Source: an uncultured Bdellovibrionales bacterium
Lineage (GTDB): Bacteria; Patescibacteriota; Minisyncoccia; Moranbacterales; UBA1568
NCBI GenBank assembly: GCA_964436855.1
Contig: CAYTED010000001.1
Location: forward strand, 135,059 to 199,058
Direction of reading: 5' to 3'
DNA: 64,000 bases
In this document: positions 37,791 through 48,767 of the stretch, one piece after another
How positions within the stretch are numbered: position 1 is the stretch's first letter
Layout of the letters: each line of letters starts with the position of its first letter
The notes under the pieces: generated by a model
The model's database searches: none
The model's input: the letters and a program-made list of their open reading frames with translations, nothing else
What the model was told of the DNA's origin: nothing
Program-made: the position numbers and the translations under genes

Positions 37791-38078
37791 TTAGAACACC
37801 GACTTCACTTTGAGAAATCCGTCTTTCGTTTCCGGCGCATTCTCAAGAATCGCAGCAACTTCATTGTCCGCCACGGGATCCGCCATATCGATTCGCGCAA
37901 TATTTTGCTCACCGGTGCCGCTTCCTATCGGTTCGATACCGGTCGTATCGAGTTCCTGCAATTCTCCGAACCAATCCAAAAGAGTGGAAAGATCGTGCCG
38001 ATACTTTTCCACCTCTTCATCCTGAAGGCCGATACGTGCAAGCAGTGCAATGTGTTTGACTTCGTCAGCAGACAACAT
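37791..38078 (-). CDS. gatC: Glu-tRNA(Gln) amidotransferase subunit C
   Basis: 95 aa. EVKHIALLARIGLQDEEVEKY...L..W..L is typical of GatC. Confidence 0.75.
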   Translation of the reverse strand: MLSADEVKHIALLARIGLQDEEVEKYRHDLSTLLDWFGELQELDTTGIEPIGSGTGEQNIARIDMADPVADNEVAAILENAPETKDGFLKVKSVF

Positions 38079-38143
38079 AGTAATTTGTAATGAGTAACTT
38101 GTAATGAGAAATGAGAGAAACTATCTTGATCGAAAATTACAAG

Positions 38144-40504
<2,361 letters not shown>

Positions 40505-40528
40505 TCATAAGGTATGACTCCCTCGCAC

Positions 40529-41113
40529 TCAATTCACAATTCCCGATTCCTTGTAATCACGCAAGGAAACCGTCGTCTGTATTCGGACATTTCTCGTGGA
40601 AGTCGAACTCTCCTTCACGACAAACACGATAGTCACCCTCCCAACCGCCGCCGGACCCGGTGTCGGGCTCGCCGAAGGAATGACGCTAAAAACCGGAACG
40701 ACATCGCCGGTAGTAACTCTCGTATACGCACCCAAATTCAATACCCCGGTGCAATTATCGCGAAGCGTCTGTGGCGGAACGGCGGCCGGAGGAACTACCG
40801 ATGCCTTTTCAAGAAAATTTCCTCCCGAATTTTTCTTATATTCGATACACTTGTTTTGAGAATAATCAAAAAAACGAACGCGGGTCGTACCTGAACTGAT
40901 AATCGTGCTCGTCCGAAGCTGCTTCGCGATATCGTTTATCGTAAATTGCGCGTTTTCCGTATCTCGTTCGATTCGCTTATTCTCGCGATATGAAAAAATC
41001 CCGGAGCTAAATGTCGACGATGCCGCCATCATCATAAGCGAAAAAACGAAAATAGAAACCATCACCTCGATCATCGAAAGACCGGAAAAAAGTTTTTGTG
41101 AAATTCGTTTCAT
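40529..41113 (-). CDS. Prepilin-type minor pilin/pseudopilin
   Basis: N-terminal KLFSG-LSMIEVMVSIFVF: G at -1, E at +5, then a hydrophobic helix. Confidence 0.6.
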   Translation of the reverse strand: MKRISQKLFSGLSMIEVMVSIFVFSLMMMAASSTFSSGIFSYRENKRIERDTENAQFTINDIAKQLRTSTIISSGTTRVRFFDYSQNKCIEYKKNSGGNFLEKASVVPPAAVPPQTLRDNCTGVLNLGAYTRVTTGDVVPVFSVIPSASPTPGPAAVGRVTIVFVVKESSTSTRNVRIQTTVSLRDYKESGIVN

Positions 41114-41119
41114 ACTCGA

Positions 41120-41788
41120 TTATCTCCACGATTCAAGAACCGCCCGCGAATAGACACATTTGTTACCGGCAGTACACCACGACGCAATCTGTGCGATATT
41201 CGGATCATTGCCGCTATACGAGCCTGGCGCGCCCGGAAACACTCCACTCCCGCCCCACCAGACAATACTCACCACCCTAAAGGCATCGTCCGATTCATCA
41301 AGCGGCGTCCCTTTATCATCCCGCTCAAGATAAATATCTCTTCCAAAGTGCGTTTGCACCGACCGACTCGGACTATAATCAAACTTATAATACCCGTTTA
41401 CAAGGTCAAGTGAAAATTTTCGCAACTCATTATTTTTAGCCGCTCCAAAACAATTTCGCCCCGCCCCGCCCGTAGTATCAAAAGCAGTATCCAAATAATC
41501 AAGATTACAGTTGTCCTTATTGGCAGTCAGAAAATTATTAAAAGCGATAGTTCCCGAAGCGAGATTGTTATCCCTTATATTTCGAACAATCTCCACGCCT
41601 TCCTGCGCCAATTCGGCTGCGACAATCCGATCCCGATCAAATGCCGATTCCCGATAATTCGACGCAAAAAGCGACACGATCGCCGTCAGCCCGACCGATA
41701 TTACAAACGCGGAAATAATCACCTCTCCAAACGAAAATCCCCGAACGGTTTTTTTTCTCAAAAAAAGTTTTCTCTGATGTTCCTTCAT
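41120..41788 (-). CDS. Prepilin-type minor pilin/pseudopilin (start at the internal Met)
   Basis: MKEHQRKLFLRKKTVRG-FSFGEVIISAFVISVGL prepilin signal with E at +5. The listed ORF extends upstream over a repeat element. Confidence 0.55.
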   Translation of the reverse strand: MKEHQRKLFLRKKTVRGFSFGEVIISAFVISVGLTAIVSLFASNYRESAFDRDRIVAAELAQEGVEIVRNIRDNNLASGTIAFNNFLTANKDNCNLDYLDTAFDTTGGAGRNCFGAAKNNELRKFSLDLVNGYYKFDYSPSRSVQTHFGRDIYLERDDKGTPLDESDDAFRVVSIVWWGGSGVFPGAPGSYSGNDPNIAQIASWCTAGNKCVYSRAVLESWR

Positions 41789-41807
41789 CGTATTTTTATT
41801 TTCTTTC

Positions 41808-41970
41808 TTCCTGCTCCCCTGCCCGAGGGGAACTCCCGAGCCTTCGAGAGTGAGGGGTGGGAGCATCTTGAGCGATGCGACCGCTGTATACTCGCTCCGT
41901 TTCATCGGTATTCCTCCTCCCCTTGGAAAGCCTGCCTGCCGGTAGACAGGGGGAGGATCAAGGAGGGGTT
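41808..41970. repeat. Two further copies (c, d) of the GC-rich palindromic repeat family in the pilin 5' region
   Basis: c: CTCCCCTGCCCGAGGGGA...GAGTGAGGGGTGGGAGC. d: CCTCCTCCCCTTGGAAAG...GGGGGAGGATCAAGGAGGGGTT. Both share the CCTCYTCCCCTT ... GAGGGGT ends with the ligA copies. Confidence 0.5.
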
Positions 41971-42061
41971 CTTACTCTCTTCTCTATTATCTAATATCTG
42001 TTATCTGTTTTTTTCTCTTCTCATGATTCCTAATTCCTGCTTCTTGATTTCGCCCAAGACA

Positions 42062-42610
42062 TCACGGACAACTCGTTCCACTGTACTCCTCCACTCGCCC
42101 ACCGGGATAGATACACACGCTCCACACTGAAGATCCTTTCTTCAGGGAAACTCTCGTAGTACTCGCAATAGCAACATTTGCCGCATTCACCATGTCTCCA
42201 CGGGGTACGGTAAAATACAATCCATTAAAACTAAAAGAACCGCTCCTATCCCCAAACACGACCCCATTATTCAAAATAAATGTTCCTGCAATTGCAGTAG
42301 CCATCGTTCCGCAATCAGCACCAGAGCGATACTTATAATACGGAAAAAAAACAGTAGAATCATCTTCAAAGAAAGCGTCAATACCAACCTGACACGTCGG
42401 CTCCGTTGCATGAAATTTTTTCCCTGTCAATGCATAATTCTGCGCCTCACGAACAAGAGAAGCAAACTTTCGCGCCTCCCCCTCTACCTGCTTTGCCTCT
42501 CGCCCGCTCGAAAGCGATACCATGGTCGCGGCGGTCATAATACCGACAATCGCCACCACGATCATCAGCTCAATAAGTGTAAACCCTTTTTTTGCAAAAA
42601 ATTTTTTCAT
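42062..42610 (-). CDS. Type IV pilin (PilA-like)
   Basis: [25 protein letters not shown] is a canonical class III signal plus N-methyl-Phe helix. Two Cys pairs in the C-terminal half. Confidence 0.7.
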   Translation of the reverse strand: MKKFFAKKGFTLIELMIVVAIVGIMTAATMVSLSSGREAKQVEGEARKFASLVREAQNYALTGKKFHATEPTCQVGIDAFFEDDSTVFFPYYKYRSGADCGTMATAIAGTFILNNGVVFGDRSGSFSFNGLYFTVPRGDMVNAANVAIASTTRVSLKKGSSVWSVCIYPGGRVEEYSGTSCP

Positions 42611-42792
42611 TGTGTTTTTTTATTCCCCGCATTCCCTTTCTCTTCACTCCCTATTCTTCATTCATAAATTCCTGATTCATTATTCCTCACCCTCATCTTA
42701 CCAAACCCTCCCCTAATTGACAAAACTCCCGTTTTCCGTTATTCTACTCGCGAAAGTAGTTCCTACAACCCCCCGCTCTATTAGGAGGAATC

Positions 42793-43512
42793 ATGAAGCG
42801 TTCAGTCATGGCGATCACCCTCTGGATGATTGCGACCTTTTCGACGACCATTCCTGCTTCGGCTGGGGTCATCACCACCTTCAACAGCTTCAATGGGACA
42901 ACCAAATCCCTTGGAAGTCCGTCGCGGTTCTCGCTTCAGTCATCGGTCACTTCCTTCGGGAACACGATGACCGACGATGGAACGCTCTTCCGAGAAGTTG
43001 CCGGCGATGCCGATATCGGCGGCGGGCTCTTCGCGAGCCTTCTCACCTTCGACAACCCGATCCACATAAATGCCGAACAACGGCTCGCTATTCGCTTCGG
43101 CTACATGGATAAGCAAAGCGGTCCGGAAAACCCGGACTTCGCCGGGATAACGATCAACAATACCCTTTACCGGATTTTCGGACAAGAGGAGGTTGGTCCG
43201 CTCGGGTTCAGTGGCGTCCTTAATCTCGGGGTTCAATTCCTCGAGAGCGGGTACTTCAATCTCGGACTCGCCTGCATCAACAATGGATTCGTCACCACCT
43301 CTTCGTTTTGTATCTGGAGTGAGGTGGCTATCACCGACACATTCGATGCGACAGCGCCGGGAACGATAAGCCCGATTTCACCGCTCCATGTCGGCACCCC
43401 CGACCTCCCGCCGATTACGCCGGTGCCGGAGCCGGCGACATGGGCGCTCATCGCGCTCGGACTCGTCGGAGTGTTCGGGTTCACCCGGCGCCGGCGAAAC
43501 CTCGCCGAATAA
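42793..43512 (+). CDS. Secreted PEP-CTERM sorting-domain protein
   Basis: Signal peptide (MKRSVMAITLWMIATFSTTIPASA). C-terminal VPEPATWALIALGLVGVFGFTRRRR is a textbook PEP-CTERM (PEP motif, TM helix, Arg cluster). Confidence 0.6.
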   Translation: MKRSVMAITLWMIATFSTTIPASAGVITTFNSFNGTTKSLGSPSRFSLQSSVTSFGNTMTDDGTLFREVAGDADIGGGLFASLLTFDNPIHINAEQRLAIRFGYMDKQSGPENPDFAGITINNTLYRIFGQEEVGPLGFSGVLNLGVQFLESGYFNLGLACINNGFVTTSSFCIWSEVAITDTFDATAPGTISPISPLHVGTPDLPPITPVPEPATWALIALGLVGVFGFTRRRRNLAE

Positions 43513-43558
43513 TGATCTCCTTCTGTCGTTAGGGAAACTGACCGCCCTAATAACACTT

Positions 43559-43593
43559 GCCCCGCGCGCTTCGCGCTCGGGGCACTTTTTTTT
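43559..43593 (+). terminator. Rho-independent terminator after the PEP-CTERM gene
   Basis: GCCCCGCGCG-cttc-GCGCTCGGGGC followed by TTTTTTTT. Confidence 0.6.
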
Positions 43594-43608
43594 ACTTCAT
43601 GCCTTATT

Positions 43609-43736
43609 TTTAGGACTTACACGCTTGAGTGAAATTCAAGGCGCGGAGAAAGTGGCGAGCGAGTCGTACTGTCGTTACGACGAGAGAGCCACAGAGGCTC
43701 CGCAACGCAGAAGCTCCCCAAACGCGTAAGTCCTAA
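43609..43736. mobile_element. MITE-like element with 15-bp terminal inverted repeats
   Basis: TTAGGACTTACACGC ... ACGCGTAAGTCCTAA bracket about 100 nt, which also holds an internal hairpin GTCGTA-ctgtcgt-TACGAC. Non-coding. Confidence 0.35.
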
Positions 43737-43801
43737 CTTTATTTACCCAACTCCTCTCACTACACATCAAGTCGCCTCCCCATTCGCTCTCTCTCATAAA
43801 A

Positions 43802-43843
43802 CAAACTAGCACATAACTCGCGGCCGCAAGTTATGTGCTAGTT
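43802..43843. repeat. NotI-containing palindromic hairpin, copy 1 (3' of the PaaX-like gene; terminator-like on the minus strand)
   Basis: AACTAGCACATAACT-cgcggccgca-AGTTATGTGCTAGTT has perfect 15-bp arms. It shares the 26-nt CAAACTAGCACATAACTCGCGGCCGC with copy 2. Confidence 0.6.
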
Positions 43844-43859
43844 CGAAAATCAAAGAAAG

Positions 43860-44501
43860 TCAGAAAAAGGGTGTGGGTTTTGAGAGCTGAAAAATTTGCT
43901 TCAGGTGTTCCTCGTTATCAATTTCCAAAAGAGTGGCATATCGAACATATTTCCGCATACCATGTATTTCCATAAGAAAATCAAATTCATCCCGACACTC
44001 ATATGGGGATACAAAAACACTTGCTTGAAGTTGGTAAAATTTCCATTTCTTCAACCAGTACCGAATAGCATCACGATTTTTTTTCTTCGTTTCCGGGATA
44101 TCAAATAAAACCATTCGCCATTTTCTATCCCATTGCTTCGGCTTCGTGATTGATATTTTTTGAAGATCATACTGAAGTACTCGCTTTCTTCCTTTTTCAG
44201 TAAGCGTCATCTTCCATACACCACCACTTTCCTGTCGGATATCAATCAGCTTCGATTCATACAGTTTTCGAATCGAACGATTCAAGCTCTGAGTCGATAC
44301 CGCCTTCGCCTTACCCTCTCGGGATACTCGATGCCATTCTCTTCGCATTTCTCCGATGATTTGCCATTGCCGGCGAGGCGATTGACTCAAGCCGACTGCT
44401 ATCCAACCAACAAGGAGAATGAGAATTTTCTTTTGTATCGGCCCAAGACCTTTCATACTATAAAATACTCTTTCCGAAGATAATTTATGAATCTCACTCA
44501 T
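43860..44501 (-). CDS. PaaX-family-like transcriptional regulator (N-terminal winged HTH plus PaaX_C-like domain)
   Basis: WDRKWRMVLFDIPETKKKNRDAIRYWLKKWKFYQLQASVFVSPYE resembles the PaaX C-terminal domain (W..W.lV.fd.PE....R..lR..L...GFg.L...vwvsP). Confidence 0.45.
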   Translation of the reverse strand: MSEIHKLSSERVFYSMKGLGPIQKKILILLVGWIAVGLSQSPRRQWQIIGEMRREWHRVSREGKAKAVSTQSLNRSIRKLYESKLIDIRQESGGVWKMTLTEKGRKRVLQYDLQKISITKPKQWDRKWRMVLFDIPETKKKNRDAIRYWLKKWKFYQLQASVFVSPYECRDEFDFLMEIHGMRKYVRYATLLEIDNEEHLKQIFQLSKPTPFF

Positions 44502-44574
44502 GCTTACAGATGAGGGAATAATTCGGAAACGCTATAAAGAAATTTCCCTTTTCATTCCATATCACACCTCCATA

Positions 44575-44620
44575 CAAACTAGCACATAACTCGCGGCCGC
44601 GAAATAAAGCTAGTTTGAAT
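44575..44620. repeat. NotI-containing hairpin, copy 2 (between pilD and the PaaX-like gene)
   Basis: CAAACTAGCACATAACTCGCGGCCGC-gaaataaa-GCTAGTTTG. The first 26 nt are identical to copy 1. Confidence 0.6.
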
Positions 44621-44648
44621 ATTTTTGATCGAAAGGAACAAAACAGCT

Positions 44649-45449
44649 TCAAAACCATATTCCGTAACTATACGGAAAAATTTTTTCTAAAAAGAGATGC
44701 GCGATAGCTCCGCATACAAGAAATGGTCCGAACGGAACTTTTGTTTTGAGATTCTTTCCCTGAAACAAAACGAGTGCGCCGCCATAAAGAGAACCGATAC
44801 CAAATGCCAGTGTCAGCGAAAAGAGGATATTCGGGATACCGATAGCAAGTCCGATAGCGAGAGCAAGCCATGCATCCCCCCATCCCATCCACGTTTCTTT
44901 GGAGAAAAAAGCGAGCGCCGCAAAAAAACTCCATGCAAGCACCCCTGCTATCACGCCCGATACCGTCCGCTCAAGCGACAAAACCGCTATCATACTCTCC
45001 GATCCGAAAAAATCCAAAAGAAGGAGAAATACAGCGGTCCACACGCCGGCAAACCAGAGAAAGGAAACCGGGATTTCCATTGTCCGAAAATCATACACCG
45101 CGATCGCGACAAAAATCGAAACCAGCCCGAGAATCCATATCGTCTCGATCCATGCGCTCCTGTCAAAAATATCAAAAAAATATTTTCCGGCGAGAAGAAA
45201 AAACGCTCCTGTCAAAAATTCGACCACCGGGTATTGCCACGAGATTTTTCCCCCGCAGTGCCGACACTTTCCGCGCAAAAAAAGAAATGACAGAATCGGA
45301 ATATTGTCGTACCAGCAAATCAACGCCCCGCATTTCGGACACTTCGACCGATCGGATACAAAACTCTCCCCCGCCTCCGTCCGAAGCACGAGCACATTGA
45401 GAAAGCTCCCTACAATACAACCAAGTCCGAAAAAAAAGAAAAAAGTCAT
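44649..45449 (-). CDS. pilD: Prepilin peptidase (A24 family) / N-methyltransferase
   Basis: N-terminal TM, zinc-binding CPKCG...CRHCGG, then a polytopic domain with the conserved Asp pair. Confidence 0.8.
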   Translation of the reverse strand: MTFFFFFGLGCIVGSFLNVLVLRTEAGESFVSDRSKCPKCGALICWYDNIPILSFLFLRGKCRHCGGKISWQYPVVEFLTGAFFLLAGKYFFDIFDRSAWIETIWILGLVSIFVAIAVYDFRTMEIPVSFLWFAGVWTAVFLLLLDFFGSESMIAVLSLERTVSGVIAGVLAWSFFAALAFFSKETWMGWGDAWLALAIGLAIGIPNILFSLTLAFGIGSLYGGALVLFQGKNLKTKVPFGPFLVCGAIAHLFLEKIFPYSYGIWF

Positions 45450-45465
45450 CTTGTTTTACATCAAA

Positions 45466-47826
45466 TCATGATCCTGGTACTTGGAATAATATCAGATCCC
45501 TATTTACTTCCACAATGACAAAATTGTGCTTTGCAAAATCTTCAAACCGTCCCACTTTACTCTGGAGTGTTTCAGCATCAGCGCCAAACACTTTATTTCC
45601 AGCAATAAGATTCCGATTATAAATAAAATATCGAAACCCCAACTGTCTTATGCGGCGCATAGTCTCCTCATCATTTCTTCCCTGATCAAGGCATGAAAAA
45701 GTATCAAGAAGACTATCCGTAAGTACCCGTCCCCTACTTTGGTCTATATAGTATGAAAATTGACCATTTGTCTGATATATTTTCGCATCAATATCTCGAT
45801 TCACCACCGAAAGTATCCTTTGAGAATTTGGATGAACGCTTCTTATAAAATCATCCTTGGAAACCATTCCTCCTAAATAAGCTATCGATAGATCGGTATT
45901 AAAATTCGAATAACTGAAAATCATATTCATAAAAATGGATATGACGAAAGAGCCATACAGCATTATTTTCAAAAAATATGATTTTACCGACGATATCAGC
46001 ACCCCGCAAAAAATTGAAAAAAGAGCAAGAAGAGGCATCCCATACCACGGAACACTCCTCCCAAGAAGAAGCCATGAGAGGATACCAACAGTAAGTATCC
46101 CTATCAATAGCACCCGCTCACCCCCTCTCTCTTCATTGAGAAATCTTTTTCTCAACAAGAAGAACATCCCCGGAGCAAATGCTAGAAAAAGATATCCGAT
46201 TTCCGTACCAAAAAGCTGAAGCGATGTATTCATCGTTACACTCCACGGAATAAAAATATACGTCTGCCATGCCGGACGCAGACGAGACTCCATATACCTT
46301 CCAAAATCTTCATTTGCGCCTGTATAAACACATTTTTTAGAATCAACACCGAGAAAATTCCACTGCGAGGAAGTAATCGCAAGAGAGTTTTGATCCCGAG
46401 AGGAGAGAAGTGGCGAGTAACTGTGAGGATACGCCGTCCCGGAAAAAGTAAAAAATCCGTATGCAGCCCACGGGAAAAGAGGTGCGAAAAAAAAGAGAAG
46501 CATACAAAAATACGTTCTCAATTGCTTCCGATCAAAATTCAGTTTTCCTCCAAGTATAAAACGACGGACACCGGCAATCAGAATCGTCGCCCAAAAAACA
46601 AAGAGTGCCGTAAGCTTAATAACAAGAGAGAATCCAAAAAGTAAGGCTGCTCCGTATAAAAACGATTTTTCATTTTTTCGAATCCACTGAAAAAACATTC
46701 CTATGGCACAAATCTGAACAAAGACAAGAAAAAAATCCGGCTTCGCTTCAAACGAAGAAAGATACCACACCATCGGAATACTCAACCATATCAACACACC
46801 AAGTAGTGCCGAACGCTTTCCAAAAAAATAACGAGAGAAAAAATAGAGAGCTCCTGTCGTAAGCACAAGACCGCCAAAAACAGTCGCCAAAGCGAATTGT
46901 GCACCATGACCAAAGAGGTATCCAACCGAAAACAACAACTCAATGGGAAAATGATAGCCCCCACCAACAATAATTCCACTCTCCGCAAGAGATTGAGCGC
47001 GATAAAGATAATAGCTCGTATCATCAAACCGTACTGGTATTGGTCGTATCGTCCATAAAAAACTGGATACCCCCACTAAAAAAACAGCCCATATAATGAG
47101 CGGCCACAAACTGTGAGTGGGAACTCTTATGGAAATTTTCCGTCGAAAAAATCGTACGATCTCGAAAGTATGCTTTCGACTCACAACCAAAAGAACACCA
47201 AGAAAAAGTCCTAATACCTCCCTATTAAACACTCCATACCATGCAAGAAAAAAAAGTACGGTACAAAGACCAATAAGTCCAATTGCCAGACGAAAAAATA
47301 CTTCACATCCAGAAAAATCATCGGTTTGATGCCTCGAAAAGATACGATCAAATAACAGTTTGGCAAGAACACTCCCAAACAAAAAAAGTACCGAAAACAA
47401 CCCAACGAGCCATGCGAGAGAAGCTAAAAGGTGCCTAAAAAAAGATACATTCACTGAAGAAAATTCCGCCCACAAGAAAAGACTTGTATTTTCTCCGGGA
47501 AGAATTCGCAGAAAAGCTGCGCTTGAAAAAACATACCAGGCAATAAAAACAAACCACGCGATAAAGTATAAAAAATGGACATGAAAAAGCAACTGTTTCA
47601 CCCCCCGCAATGATAACCAAACTTGAATAAGTACCAGAAAAATCGCACCCGAGAAAAACGACGCAAAAACAGAAAAAAATTCATCACCCCCCCAAAATTG
47701 GTATAACCCCACCAATTGCTCAACAAAAGGAGTATCTCCATAAAAATGTGAAAAAAACCAAGAAAAAATCACCACCAGCAACCAGCAAACAAAACAAACT
47801 TTCAGTATCAATCGCATAAATATCAC
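45466..47826 (-). CDS. Large (786 aa) polytopic membrane protein, GT-C-fold (ArnT/PMT-like) glycosyltransferase candidate
   Basis: More than 15 predicted TM helices, then a C-terminal soluble domain. The helix/loop pattern resembles GT-C transferases. No single diagnostic motif, so this is tentative. Confidence 0.35.
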   Translation of the reverse strand: MIFMRLILKVCFVCWLLVVIFSWFFSHFYGDTPFVEQLVGLYQFWGGDEFFSVFASFFSGAIFLVLIQVWLSLRGVKQLLFHVHFLYFIAWFVFIAWYVFSSAAFLRILPGENTSLFLWAEFSSVNVSFFRHLLASLAWLVGLFSVLFLFGSVLAKLLFDRIFSRHQTDDFSGCEVFFRLAIGLIGLCTVLFFLAWYGVFNREVLGLFLGVLLVVSRKHTFEIVRFFRRKISIRVPTHSLWPLIIWAVFLVGVSSFLWTIRPIPVRFDDTSYYLYRAQSLAESGIIVGGGYHFPIELLFSVGYLFGHGAQFALATVFGGLVLTTGALYFFSRYFFGKRSALLGVLIWLSIPMVWYLSSFEAKPDFFLVFVQICAIGMFFQWIRKNEKSFLYGAALLFGFSLVIKLTALFVFWATILIAGVRRFILGGKLNFDRKQLRTYFCMLLFFFAPLFPWAAYGFFTFSGTAYPHSYSPLLSSRDQNSLAITSSQWNFLGVDSKKCVYTGANEDFGRYMESRLRPAWQTYIFIPWSVTMNTSLQLFGTEIGYLFLAFAPGMFFLLRKRFLNEERGGERVLLIGILTVGILSWLLLGRSVPWYGMPLLALFSIFCGVLISSVKSYFLKIMLYGSFVISIFMNMIFSYSNFNTDLSIAYLGGMVSKDDFIRSVHPNSQRILSVVNRDIDAKIYQTNGQFSYYIDQSRGRVLTDSLLDTFSCLDQGRNDEETMRRIRQLGFRYFIYNRNLIAGNKVFGADAETLQSKVGRFEDFAKHNFVIVEVNRDLILFQVPGS

Positions 47827-47869
47827 TCAAAGAAATCAGTTCTTAGAATCATCATATCACACGAAAAAC

Positions 47870-47900
47870 ACAAAAAGAACGGGATATCCCGTTCTTTTTG
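47870..47900 (-). terminator. Rho-independent terminator after pilA copy 1
   Basis: AAGAACGGGA-tatc-CCGTTCTT followed by TTTTG (minus-strand reading). Confidence 0.6.
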
Positions 47901-47922
47901 CTCATCTATCAACCAAGAAAAC

Positions 47923-48291
47923 CTAGCATCCGGTTGGGAAAACTGTTCCCACTTCCGAATAGGTTGTCCCGGAGCAGGCTGCGGGAACATCAGCTGTTGG
48001 ACTGATTGTTCCATCAAATGTATCCCCGCCGGCACTACACGTTTCATTGAGCACTGCGTACGAAGAAACCTTGGACCCGGTTGGGACCGATACCGTAGTA
48101 CCATCGATAGCAACACTCTCACTACAAGAATTCACAAGCTGTGGAACGATACTCGCCGCCGTCGACTTAAAAGAAGCGGCTGCCGCTTTCTGACGAGCGC
48201 TTGAGAGTGACACAAGCACGATCGAGGCGAGAATACCGATGATCGCGATAACAATCAAGAGCTCAATAAGGGTAAAGCCTTTTTTGTTCAT
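47923..48291 (-). CDS. pilA: Type IV major pilin, copy 1
   Basis: [25 protein letters not shown] prepilin N-terminus. 122 aa with two C-terminal Cys pairs. Confidence 0.8.
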   Translation of the reverse strand: MNKKGFTLIELLIVIAIIGILASIVLVSLSSARQKAAAASFKSTAASIVPQLVNSCSESVAIDGTTVSVPTGSKVSSYAVLNETCSAGGDTFDGTISPTADVPAACSGTTYSEVGTVFPTGC

Positions 48292-48334
48292 AATATATTA
48301 AATTATTACTTAACTTATCCTCACACAAGAAAAC

Positions 48335-48703
48335 CTAGCATCCGGTTGGGAAAACTGTTCCCACTTCCGAATAGGTTGTCCCGGAGCAGGCTGCGGGAAC
48401 ATCAGCTGTTGGACTGATTGTTCCATCAAATGTATCCCCGCCGGCACTACACGTTTCATTGAGCACTGCGTACGAAGAAACCTTGGACCCGGTTGGGACC
48501 GATACCGTAGTACCATCGATAGCAACACTCTCACTACAAGAATTCACAAGCTGTGGAACGATACTCGCCGCCGTCGACTTAAAAGAAGCGGCTGCCGCTT
48601 TCTGACGAGCGCTTGAGAGTGATACAAGCACGATCGAGGCGAGAATACCGATGATCGCGATAACAATGAGAAGTTCGATTAACGTAAACCCTTTTTTATT
48701 CAT
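48335..48703 (-). CDS. pilA: Type IV major pilin, copy 2 (identical protein; start at the internal Met of the listed ORF)
   Basis: Identical 122-aa product. The DNA is identical over the 3' ~330 nt and differs only synonymously near the 5' end. Confidence 0.8.
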   Translation of the reverse strand: MNKKGFTLIELLIVIAIIGILASIVLVSLSSARQKAAAASFKSTAASIVPQLVNSCSESVAIDGTTVSVPTGSKVSSYAVLNETCSAGGDTFDGTISPTADVPAACSGTTYSEVGTVFPTGC

Positions 48704-48767
48704 ATTCTCACCGCCTTTCTGTTTTAGTTTTTTATTCTTTATTTGAGAATTCAATCTCTCTTCCATT

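Noticed and set aside
43860-44501. Cas2-like protein, based on the VLFDIPE...SVFVSPYE motif
   Set aside because: The N-terminal winged HTH plus this C-terminal pattern fit the PaaX regulator family better. No cas genes or CRISPR repeats are nearby.
44697-45471. Three overlapping plus-strand ORFs (176 to 197 aa) rich in Arg/Ser/Pro
   Set aside because: All lie antisense to the pilD coding sequence and have no motifs. They are shadow ORFs.
47823-48534. Duplicated 99-aa and 74-aa minus-strand ORFs ([17 protein letters not shown]...)
   Set aside because: These are the alternate frame of the duplicated pilA genes. They are duplicated only because the pilA DNA is duplicated.
47917-48712. Possible CRISPR array suggested by a repeated ~400-bp unit
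   Set aside because: Only two copies. The unit is a whole pilin gene, not a short repeat with unique spacers.
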